NCBI GenBank assembly: GCA_963793105.1
Contig: CAWBZB010000004.1
Coordinates: 220,210-284,209 of the forward strand
Direction: 5' to 3'
Origin: an uncultured bacterium
GTDB taxonomy: Bacteria > Actinomycetota > Actinomycetes > S36-B12
Length of the DNA stretch: 64,000 nt
Shown: in pieces, positions 1 to 9,233 of the stretch
How the letters are laid out: each line of letters opens with the position of its first letter
Position numbering within the stretch: the first letter of the stretch is position 1
Translations under genes and position numbers: made by a program
The notes under the pieces: generated by a model
What the model saw: the letters and a program-made list of their open reading frames with translations, nothing else
What the model was told of the DNA's origin: nothing
The model's database searches: none

Positions 1-119
1 CGGCGTCGACTCCGAGCAGGACACCCCCGTCCCGATCATCGTCACGGACCTCGAGGGGGCGGTCGACGGGCAGTACGGGCCGCGCGCGTCCGGGTGGGGC
101 CCGCCATGCCTGAGCACGG

Positions 120-698
120 TCAGGGCCGCGATCGGCCCCAGACGCCTCGGTACTCCTCGGCGGCCAGCTCGAAGATGTCCTCCGGGCCATCCACCTCGTC
201 CACCTGCTGCCCCCGGTACGGGAAGCCGAGCTTGCGGATGATGGCCTGCGACGGCGCATTGGCGGTCGCGACGGTGTAGCGCAGGGTGCGCACGCCGGGC
301 CGGTCGATGACCCAGTTCCACATCCCGTGCAGCAGTTCCTGTGCGAAGCCCTGCCCCCGGTAGGCAGGCTCGATCCCGAGCCCGATCTCGATCATGCCCT
401 CGTCATCGGGAAGGTCGTGGAACCCGCCGCTCCCGATCACGATCCGCTCCTCGCGAAGGACCGCGAGCCTCAGCAGGTAGGGGGCCGCTGACGGATTGGC
501 CCGGATGCGCGGGATCCGGTACGGGAGGGGACCGGGATCGTCCACGAGGTGGCCCAGCGGGTTGGCGAAACCGCGGTCCCGCCACAGGCTCGGACTCGAA
601 CGCGAGACGTCAAGGACGTCGTACTCGGACGGCAGCACGGTCTCCAGATCCAGCCGAGCCGTTCGGATCGTGAGGTCGTCCCCGCCCAGTCCTGGCAC
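120..698 (-). CDS. GNAT family N-acetyltransferase (RimJ/RimL-like)
   Basis: 192-aa ORF with GTG start. GNAT-type acetyl-CoA block IEPAYRGQGFAQELLHGMWNWV and C-terminal NAPSQAIIRKLGF. High GC3. Confidence 0.75.
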   Translation of the reverse strand: MPGLGGDDLTIRTARLDLETVLPSEYDVLDVSRSSPSLWRDRGFANPLGHLVDDPGPLPYRIPRIRANPSAAPYLLRLAVLREERIVIGSGGFHDLPDDEGMIEIGLGIEPAYRGQGFAQELLHGMWNWVIDRPGVRTLRYTVATANAPSQAIIRKLGFPYRGQQVDEVDGPEDIFELAAEEYRGVWGRSRP

Positions 699-729
699 GC
701 CGACACGCTAGCGTCACCCGACCCGCCGA

Positions 730-3088
730 TCAGCTCCCGACGGGAACGGCCTCTTCGGGCTCGTCGTCCAGGATCTCGTCCTCCCCCGGCTCGATGTGCA
801 CCTTGGGCAGGATGCGATCAAGCCAGCCCGGCAGCCACCAGTTCGCCTTGCCGAGCATCGACATCACCGACGGCACGAGGATCAGTCGCACGATGAAGGC
901 GTCGATGATGACGGCGGATGCCAGGGCGATGCCGAAGAGCTTGATCGTCGCGTTCGTGCTCGGCACGAAGGCCAGGAAGACGCTCGACATGATCGCGGCA
1001 GCGATCACCACGACCCGACCCGAACCGGCGAGGCCGCGACGCACGGAGGCGAGGTTGTCCCCGGTGCGCGCCCACTCCTCCTGCATGCGCGAGACGAGGA
1101 ACACCTGGTAGTCCATGGACAGCCCGAACAGGATCGAGAAGACCATGATCGGCAGGAACGGGAAGATCGGGCCCGTTCCTGGAATCCCCAGGAAGTCGCT
1201 GAACCAGCCCCACTGGAACACCGCCACGGTGATGCCCATCGCGGCCGAGAAGGACAGCAGGCTCGTGATCGCGGCCGTCAGCGGAACCACGAGGGAGTGG
1301 AACAGCAGCACGAGGGCAAGGAAGCCCAGCCCGATCACGATGGACAAGAACAGCGGCAACGCGTCACCGAGGACGGTGGTGAAGTCACTGGTGATGGCCT
1401 GAGTGCCGCCGACATAGAGCGTCGCGCCGGTCGCCGCCGAGATCGCCGGATTCACCTCCGTGCGGAGCCGGTCGAGCAGCTCGGTCGTCGCCTCGTCCTG
1501 AGGCGACGTGGCCGGGTAGACCGCGATCGCCTGGATGGTCTGCGGCTCCGCCGCCGTGTCCGCGGTCGCCTGCTCGGCTGCCGCCGCCGCCAACTTCCCC
1601 AGAATGGGCAGGACCTCGGCGCTCGGCGACGTGCCGGCCACCCCCTCGGCCGACGCCAGTCCGGCGACGATCTCCGCGTAGGCCTCCGGGCCGTTCGCCT
1701 CGGAGAGGTCCGCAACGACGAGGAAGGGGCCGTTCACGCCGGGACCGAAGCCCTCGGCACGCAGGTCGTAGGCGATTCGGGCCGGCGATCCCTCGGGCTT
1801 GCCGGAGTCGTCCGCGAAACCCTGCCGCAGGCTGAGCATCGGGATCGCGAGGACGAGGACCACTCCGAGTGCCAACAGGGCGGGGACGATCGGGCGCTTC
1901 TGCAATGCGCGGCCGTAGTGCGCCCAGGCCTTGCCCTCCGGGTGCACCTGCCCCGGCTTCTTGCCCCACGGCAAACGCCACGCCAGTGACTTGTTGCCCA
2001 GCAGCGAGAGCAGCGCGGGCAGCATCCACAGCGCCGACAGCATGACCATCAGCACGGTGACGCCCGCGGCGAGTGCGAGGCCGTTGAAGAAGTTGATGCC
2101 CAGCACGAAGAGGCCGAGCAGCGCGATGATGACGGTGGTGCCCGCGAAGAGAACCGCACGGCCGGCCGTCTCGACCGATTCCATCGCGGCGTCCTTCGGC
2201 TGCGTGCCCCGCCAGCACCGCCTGCCGGAAGCGGTTCATGACGAACAACGCGTAGTCGATGCCGACGCCAAGACCGATCATGGCGGCCAGGGTCGGTGCG
2301 AAGGTGGCCACGTCGAGGAAGTTGGCGACGAGGAGGACGCCCATCTGGCCCATGGTCAGGCCGACGAGCGCCACGACGATCGGCATGCCCGCGGCGACGA
2401 TCGACCCGAAGGCGATGAGCAGGATGATGATGGCGACGAGCAGGCCGATCGCCTCGGAGCTCGGCGGCTCCTGCCCGGCGAACTCGAGTACCTGCCCCTG
2501 GGCGCCCATCTGGAGCTCGTCGCTGTTCAGCTCCTTGACCGAGTCGAGGATGACCTTGGCATCCTCGGTGGAGACGTCCAGCTCACCGTCGGCGTTGACG
2601 GCGAACGTGATCGAGGAGTAGGCGACCTTCCCGTCCGGGCTGATCGACGAGAACGACTGGCCGAGAAGCTGCTGCTCCTCCGGCGTCAGCGCCTGCATGG
2701 CGGCCGGGTCGGGTCCGCTGCCCTCGGGGCAGTCGACGCCGAGCGTGGGCTCCTGCGGATTCAGGGGGTTGGTGACGCAGGTGACCGAGGCCAGCCCGGA
2801 GATCGTCTGCAGCACCGGCACCACCTGCTCGGCGACGGCCGGATCCAGCGCCGTCCCGCTCGACGGCGACCAGACGACGGTGGCACCGCCATCCAGCCGA
2901 CTGACATCCGTGCCCGCTGCCACCAGCAGGTCGGTGGCCACCTTCGACTCGGTGTCGGGCAGGTCGAAGGAATCGTTCAGCTCACCGCCCACCTGTGTGC
3001 CGAGCCCGACGATGACGACCAGCGCCACCAGCCAGGAGATCAGGGCGGCGATCGGGCGGCGGACCGCCCAGGCTGACAGGATCGGCAT
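730..3088 (-). pseudogene. MMPL/RND-superfamily membrane transporter with its frame broken once
   Basis: The N-terminal part (frame of ORF 1385..3193, real start MPILSAWAVRRPIAAL at 3088 with a GAGGG SD) reads sensibly to ...YALFVMNRFRQAVLAG. The rest continues in the frame of ORF 730..2184 as TQPKDAAMESVETAGRAVLFAGTTVIIALLG, the conserved MMPL junction. The switch maps to the C4 run at 2207-2210, and removing one base restores one ORF of about 785 aa. Confidence 0.8.
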
Positions 3089-3235
3089 GAATCCCTCTTC
3101 CACGGCCAGGGGCGGCACACGCCCGAGAGTCCATTTTCGACCGGTTGATTCCGGCCCAGACATTAGCGAACGCCATCGTCCCCTATCTGTCAAATCAAGG
3201 GACGCCGCCGTTCACTATCGTGCTACCGTGTCCCG

Positions 3236-3844
3236 ATGGTCGACAGGTGCGTAGTCCGTCGCAGGGGAGAGGTCCTGCGCGAGGCCGTGTTCGACGCCGC
3301 CCTCGCGGAGATCGCTGAGCGGGGGGTCCGCGGCGCCTCCATGGACCGCATCGCCAAGCGGGCCGGAACGGGGAAGTCGGCCCTGTACCGCCGGTGGCCC
3401 AATGTGCGCGCGCTCGCCCTCGACGTCTTCGTCAGCACGATGGACGAGGCGCTGCCGCCGGCCGCGGCTGGGACCGGTTCGCTCCGCGACGACCTGCTCA
3501 CCTCCCTGACCTCGCTGTCCACCCAGTTGACAGGCGATCTGGGCATCGCGCTCCGTGAGCTGATCAGCGAGGCCGCCCACGACCCGACGCTGTCGGCGGA
3601 GTTCCAGAACCGCTTCGGCATGCGCAAGCAGGTGGAACTGGTGGGAGTGCTCCAGGAGGCCATGGCCCGCGGCGAGATCCCCGCCCAGCCGATCGATCCG
3701 TACGTCCTGCAGGTGCCCGCCGCCCTCATCGTGCACCAGTTGGTGCTGACCGGGAGCGCGCCCTCCCCTGCGGAACTCGAGCACATCGTCGACGCGATCG
3801 TCCTCCCCCTCCTGCAGTCCTCGCGGATGGTCCCCAGCCCCTAG
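3236..3844 (+). CDS. TetR/AcrR family transcriptional regulator
   Basis: 202 aa with an N-terminal TetR HTH (ASMDRIAKRAGTGKSALYRRWPN). Divergent from the MMPL gene, a classic TetR-transporter pairing. Confidence 0.85.
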   Translation: MVDRCVVRRRGEVLREAVFDAALAEIAERGVRGASMDRIAKRAGTGKSALYRRWPNVRALALDVFVSTMDEALPPAAAGTGSLRDDLLTSLTSLSTQLTGDLGIALRELISEAAHDPTLSAEFQNRFGMRKQVELVGVLQEAMARGEIPAQPIDPYVLQVPAALIVHQLVLTGSAPSPAELEHIVDAIVLPLLQSSRMVPSP

Positions 3845-3891
3845 GCCGTTCGCCCCTGAACGACTCCGAGTCGCCGGGCCACGATGGAGGC

Positions 3892-5167
3892 ATGGCCGGT
3901 GGCCGCGTCCTCGCCGGGATCCTGGGAGCGCTCATGCTCGCAGGAGCGTTCGTGGCGCCGCCCGCATGGGGCGACGACGGGACCGCGACCACCATCGTCG
4001 TGTTCCATGGCGACGGCTGCCCCCATTGCGCCGCCGAACTCGACTTCCTTGCCGAGCTCACCGCCAGCAACCCGCGGTGTCACGGTGGAGGCCCACGAGG
4101 TCTGGTACGACGAAGCCGGGCTCGAGCTGCTGCTCCAGACGGCGAGTGAGCGGGGCTTCGAACCCACCGGGGTGCCGGTGACGATCATCGGGGAGCACGT
4201 CTGGATCGGCTTCGACTCCACCACCGCGGACGAGATCACGGAGGCGATCACCCGCACGCGCGACAGCCCCGTCGCCGACGTCGGCACCGGCCCCGACGGG
4301 AGACCGGTCGCGCAGGCCCGGTCCGTCGACGTTCCCCTGGTGGGCGAGGTGACCGTGGGCGACGTCTCACTCCTGGCCGCCACGATGGCCATCGGCTTCG
4401 TCGACGGGGTGAACCCCTGCTCGCTGTGGGTGCTCAGCCTGCTGCTCGCGATGGTGGCCGGTCGGGGATCACGCCGGCGCGTCCTCCTCATCGGCACGGT
4501 GTTCCTGACGGTCACCGCAGCGATGTACGCCCTCTACATGTTCGGCATGTACTCCGCCGCGTCCTACCTGTCCGGCATGGGCTGGCTACGACTGATCGCG
4601 GCCGTCATCGCTGGCACGTTCGGGGTCCTGCAGTTCAAGGACGGCCTCGGGGTGACGACCGGACCGTCACTGTCCATTTCAGCCGAACGGCGACCGGGAC
4701 TGTACGCCCGGATCCGCGGGGTGGCATCGCCCCAGCGCGCCCTCACCGCCACGATCGCCGGCACCATGGCGCTGGCGGTCGTGGTGTCACTTCTGGAGAC
4801 ACCGTGCACGGCCGGACTGCCCCTGCTGTGGACCACGCTGCTCGCCGAGCAGGGAGTCGGCCCCCTCCAGGCGGCCCTCCTCTTCGCGGTCTACATGTCG
4901 GTCTTCCTGCTCGACGAACTGATCGTGTTCGCCGTGGTCGTGGTCACCCTGCACACGGCGCGACTGCAGGAGCAGCACGGCCGACTCCTGAAGCTCATCG
5001 CCGGCTCGGTCCTCATCTGCCTGGCCGCCACCATGGTGATCCGGCCCGATGCGCTGACGACGCTGCTGGGCACCGTCGTCGTGTTCGCCGTCGCCGCCCT
5101 TGTCGCTGCCGTCGCCTACGGACTGTCCTCCGGCAGGTCGGGCAGCGACGCCAGGTCGTCCTCCTGA
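3892..5167 (+). pseudogene. Secreted thioredoxin-fold (CPHC) domain fused to a CcdA/DsbD-like membrane domain, frame broken once
   Basis: ORF 3892..4149 gives a signal peptide plus TIVVFHGDGCPHCAAELDFLAELTASNP. The sequence continues in the frame of ORF 3884..5167 as GVTVEAHEVWYDEAG...VPVTIIGEHVWIGF, followed by multiple TM helices with GVNPCSLWVL and ETPCTAGLP motifs. The frame switch lies at about 4072-4078, and deleting one base gives SNPGVTVEAH. Confidence 0.6.
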
Positions 5168-5688
5168 ACGGACAGCTCCCCCAGGACCTCGCGCACCACG
5201 GAGAACGCCATCGAAGCCGGGTAGCCGCGGCGCTGCAGCATGCCGGCCAGGCGCCGGGTTCGCGCGGCCGGCTCCAGGCGGGAGGTCGCACGGGCCTTCG
5301 CCCACACGAGCTGCTTCGCCCGTTCCCGCTCCACGTCCGCGTCGATGGACGCCAGTGCCTCGTCGACCGCCATGGCATCCACCCCCTTGCCACGGAGCTC
5401 CTGGCGGAGCACGGAGCGCGCCGATCCTCGCGTGCGCTGCCGCGACTCCACCCATAGCCGCGCGTAGGCCGCGTCATCGATCAGGCCGACCTCGGTGAAG
5501 CGGTCGAGGACCCGATCCGCGACCTGCTCGGGGATACCGCGACGGCACAGATCGGCCCGAAGCTCGGACCGCGTCCGGGGAGCGGCCGCCAGCCTCCTCA
5601 GGAGGATCGTCCGGGCGACCTCGTCAGGATCCGCCTCGTCCTGGAGGTCGGCCGGCGAGCCGGGAGTGGGCTGGTTGACGTATCGCAC
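5116..5688 (-). CDS. recX: Recombination regulator RecX
   Basis: 190 aa with GTG start, 12 nt downstream of the recA stop. RecX-like repeats (ILLRRLAAAPRTRSELRADLCRRGIP...). Confidence 0.9.
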   Translation of the reverse strand: MRYVNQPTPGSPADLQDEADPDEVARTILLRRLAAAPRTRSELRADLCRRGIPEQVADRVLDRFTEVGLIDDAAYARLWVESRQRTRGSARSVLRQELRGKGVDAMAVDEALASIDADVERERAKQLVWAKARATSRLEPAARTRRLAGMLQRRGYPASMAFSVVREVLGELSVQEDDLASLPDLPEDSP

Positions 5689-5700
5689 CGCGACGCGCGA

Positions 5701-6756
<1,056 letters not shown>

Positions 6757-6825
6757 GGGGTCTCCTCGGTGACTCGGGTGGCACCCTCTGCCCCGCAGGT
6801 GCGGGGTCGAGGGCCTGTGCTGTGG

Positions 6826-6847
6826 AACCTATGCCGGACGTCTGACA
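6826..6847 (-). promoter_or_regulatory. RecA-NDp / PafBC-type DNA-damage promoter motif (candidate)
   Basis: The minus strand reads TGTCAGAC-GTCCGGCA-TAGGTT. This matches the mycobacterial motif tGTCRgtg-N8-TAnnnT at 6 of 8 positions in the first box, with correct spacing and -10. It lies about 70 nt upstream of the recA ATG. Confidence 0.4.
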
Positions 6848-6905
6848 GTGGACCGCGACCTCGGTGGCCGGTGGCCGCCTGCCCGTTTCCTGTCGTGCGG
6901 TGAAT

Positions 6906-8180
6906 CTATATCGAACGGGTGTTCGAATGCACGCGACACGCCGGAATGCTCGTCGCGATACCGAGGGCCACCAGCGGGACCACCGCCACCGCGCACAGCA
7001 CCCCGTAGGAGGAGACCAGGACGACCACGCCAGCCACGGCTCCCCCGACCGCGCCCGCGGCGTTCATGACCAGGTCCGACAGACCCTGGACCGCCGGGCG
7101 CTCGACCGGCTCGACCTCGTCGGTGACCATCGTCGATCCGGCGATCAGGGTGCAGGACCAGCCCAGGCCGAGCAGGAACAGGCCGATGCCCAGCATGGGC
7201 ACCGCATCCCCGGGGGCCAGCCCCGCGATGACGCAGGAGGCCACCAGGATGCCGATCCCGGTCACCACGACGGGAATGCGGCCGAACCGGTCCACCGCCC
7301 ACCCGACGACCGGGGAGAGTGCGTACATCCCGGCCACGTGGACGCTGATCACCAGGCCGATCAGCTGCAGCGTCACGTCCACGTGCGCCATGTGCACGGG
7401 GGTCATGACCATCACCATCACCATCACGACGTGCCCGGTCGCGATGGCAGCGATCCCCAGGATCGCGCGCGGTCGGCCCCGCAGGTGGTGGAGGCCGTCG
7501 CGCAGGCTGGGGCGATGGGACGCCTCCCCCCGCGCCGCTCGGTGCGCCACCGCCGTCAGGTACGGATCGGGCCGCAGGAACAGCAGCAGGGCCGCCGACG
7601 CGATGGCCAGGCACGCCGCTGCCAGCACATAGGGGCCGGCGAGCTGTGGGAGACCCATGCGCAGTCCGAGGTTCCCGGAGACGTTCAGCAGGTTCGGCCC
7701 GAGCACCGCACCGACCGTGCCGGCCCACACGACCCAGGACAGCGAGCGAGCCCGATGCTCCTCGGTCGCCAGATCGGTCGCGGCGTAGCGGGCCTGGTAG
7801 CCCGCGGCGGAGGCGACGCCGACGAAGAAGCAGCCCAGGAGCACCAGCGGGAGGTTGCGGAGGACCGCGCCCACGATCACGATGACCGCGCCGCCCGCTC
7901 CGATGCCGTAGCCGGTCGCGAGAGCCGCGCGTCGGCCCCGCCCGAGCGCGATGCGAGCCAGCGGGAGCGCCAGCACCGCGGCTCCGAGGACTCCGGCGGT
8001 CTGGGCGAGGCCGGCGGCCGCCTCGGAGTCCGCCACCGACGCGGCGATCAGCGATCCGGCGGCCACGGAGCCGGCGATCGCGAGCCCCCCGAAGACCTGT
8101 GCGGTCGACAGGACCGTGACCGCGCGACGCTGGATGGCGGCGACGTCCTCCGTCGGCCGCACGACGGCGGGCGACGTCAT
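6906..8180 (-). CDS. MFS transporter
   Basis: About 424 aa from MTSPAVVRP. It has about 12 hydrophobic helices and MFS-like loop motifs (LARIALGRGRRAAL, DRFGRIP). The ATG at 8180 overlaps the upstream DUF3046 stop (ATGA). The longer track ORF to 8465 is an Arg/Gly-rich extension. Confidence 0.8.
   Translation of the reverse strand: MTSPAVVRPTEDVAAIQRRAVTVLSTAQVFGGLAIAGSVAAGSLIAASVADSEAAAGLAQTAGVLGAAVLALPLARIALGRGRRAALATGYGIGAGGAVIVIVGAVLRNLPLVLLGCFFVGVASAAGYQARYAATDLATEEHRARSLSWVVWAGTVGAVLGPNLLNVSGNLGLRMGLPQLAGPYVLAAACLAIASAALLLFLRPDPYLTAVAHRAARGEASHRPSLRDGLHHLRGRPRAILGIAAIATGHVVMVMVMVMTPVHMAHVDVTLQLIGLVISVHVAGMYALSPVVGWAVDRFGRIPVVVTGIGILVASCVIAGLAPGDAVPMLGIGLFLLGLGWSCTLIAGSTMVTDEVEPVERPAVQGLSDLVMNAAGAVGGAVAGVVVLVSSYGVLCAVAVVPLVALGIATSIPACRVHSNTRSI
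6911..6926. promoter_or_regulatory. LexA (SOS) box of recA
   Basis: TCGAACGGGTGTTCGA is a perfect match to the actinobacterial LexA consensus TCGAAC-N4-GTTCGA. On the minus strand it is followed directly by a TAGATT -10 hexamer (6903-6908). It lies 155-170 nt upstream of the recA ATG. Confidence 0.85.
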
Positions 8181-8368
8181 CGCAGGACCCCCGGAACATC
8201 CGTCGTGGCGCACACGGCCCGCCAGACGTCCCGGGTGTCGACACCAGCGTCGATCGCCTCGATGGCGGTGAGGCCCAGCGGCGGCAGAACGACATCGTGC
8301 GCCCATGAACGGGCGTAGGCCGGCCCGAAGACCTGCTCCATCCGCTCCCAGAAGTCCGTCAGCCGCAC
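8177..8368 (-). CDS. DUF3046 family small protein
   Basis: (V)RLTDFWERMEQVFGPAYARSWAHDVVLPPLGLTAIEAIDAGVDTRDVWRAVCATTDVP matches the about 63-aa actinobacterial DUF3046 family that neighbours recA. The GTG start is chosen from the family N-terminus MRLT; the track ORF extends to 8395. Confidence 0.75.
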   Translation of the reverse strand: MRLTDFWERMEQVFGPAYARSWAHDVVLPPLGLTAIEAIDAGVDTRDVWRAVCATTDVPGVLR

Positions 8369-8402
8369 GGCGGCAGTCTGCCCCATCCACCACAATCATG
8401 GG

Positions 8403-9233
8403 GTGACCGTGCCCGCATCCTCCCCCTCGGGGACCAGGCGCGTGCCCGTGGTGCCGCCCCAGCACGGTGCCTGGGCCTTCCTCGGACTGCCCGTCCTGAC
8501 CGCGGCGACACTCTCGCCGCCGAGCGCCGCCGTGGTCCTCCTGCTGGTGGCATGGGTGAGTGCCTACCCGGCGAGCTACTTCGTCCTGGCCCTCGAGCGC
8601 GATCGCACGTCGCGCAGGCCCGACCCGGGTCGATTCCGGCGTCCACTCGCGATCTGGTGGGCCCTGGTCCTCCTCGCCGGCGTGCCGTTGCTCGTGCTGC
8701 GGCCCTGGCTGCTCTGGGTCGCGCTGGCCTACGCGGCCAGTTTCCTCGTCAACATCGTCTACGCGCGACGGCGCGACGAGCGGGCCCTCGGCAACGATCT
8801 CGTCTTCGTCGCGCAGTGCACGGCCATGGTGCCGGTGACCTGGGCGGTCGCCGTCGGCGACTCATCCCCGGCGCTCCCTCAGGTCGCGTCGGCCCCGGCG
8901 CAGGTGTGGGTGCTCACCTGCTGCGTCGCGCTGCTCCTCGTCGGCTCCACCCTGCACGTGAAGTCGCTCATCCGCGAACGTGACCGGCCGGGCTTCCGCA
9001 CGGCCTCGCACCTCGTCGCGGCCACGTCCTTCCTCGCGTCCTTTGCACTGGCCGCGTGGTGGGGACTGCCCGCAGGGCTCCTCCTCGTGCTGCCCTTCGG
9101 CTGGTTCCTCGCCCGATCGCTGATGATGGGCCTCCCGGCGCCCCGTCCGGCGCGGATCGGCATGATCGAGCTGGTCGGCTTCGTCCTGCTGGTCCTCGCC
9201 GCCGCCCTCGCGCCGAGCGGAGGTTCCACGTGA
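8403..9233 (+). CDS. YwiC-like integral membrane protein
   Basis: 276 aa with about 8 TM helices and an N-terminal PPQHGAWAFLGLP motif characteristic of the YwiC-like family. Confidence 0.6.
   Translation: MTVPASSPSGTRRVPVVPPQHGAWAFLGLPVLTAATLSPPSAAVVLLLVAWVSAYPASYFVLALERDRTSRRPDPGRFRRPLAIWWALVLLAGVPLLVLRPWLLWVALAYAASFLVNIVYARRRDERALGNDLVFVAQCTAMVPVTWAVAVGDSSPALPQVASAPAQVWVLTCCVALLLVGSTLHVKSLIRERDRPGFRTASHLVAATSFLASFALAAWWGLPAGLLLVLPFGWFLARSLMMGLPAPRPARIGMIELVGFVLLVLAAALAPSGGST

Noticed and set aside
1-119. A possible 3' end of a plus-strand gene entering the window. Frame 2 reads GVDSEQDTPVPIIVTDLEGAVDGQYGPRA with high GC3.
   Set aside because: It is too short to identify. No in-frame stop occurs before it runs into the convergent GNAT gene, so its end cannot be placed, and it was not reported as a feature.
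3177-3204. The inverted repeat CGTCCC-N16-GGGACG, and TTGATT...AATCAA, in the TetR/MMPL divergent spacer, considered as a TetR operator.
   Set aside because: The arms are only 6 bp with long spacers and unlike typical 15-20 bp TetR palindromes. The evidence is insufficient to call an operator. The spacer as a whole (3089-3235) surely contains the divergent promoters.
7408-7427. An (ACCATC)3 hexanucleotide repeat inside the MFS gene, encoding VMVMVMVM (His6 on the other strand).
   Set aside because: It is in frame, short, and within a TM segment. It is an ordinary microsatellite with no further structure.
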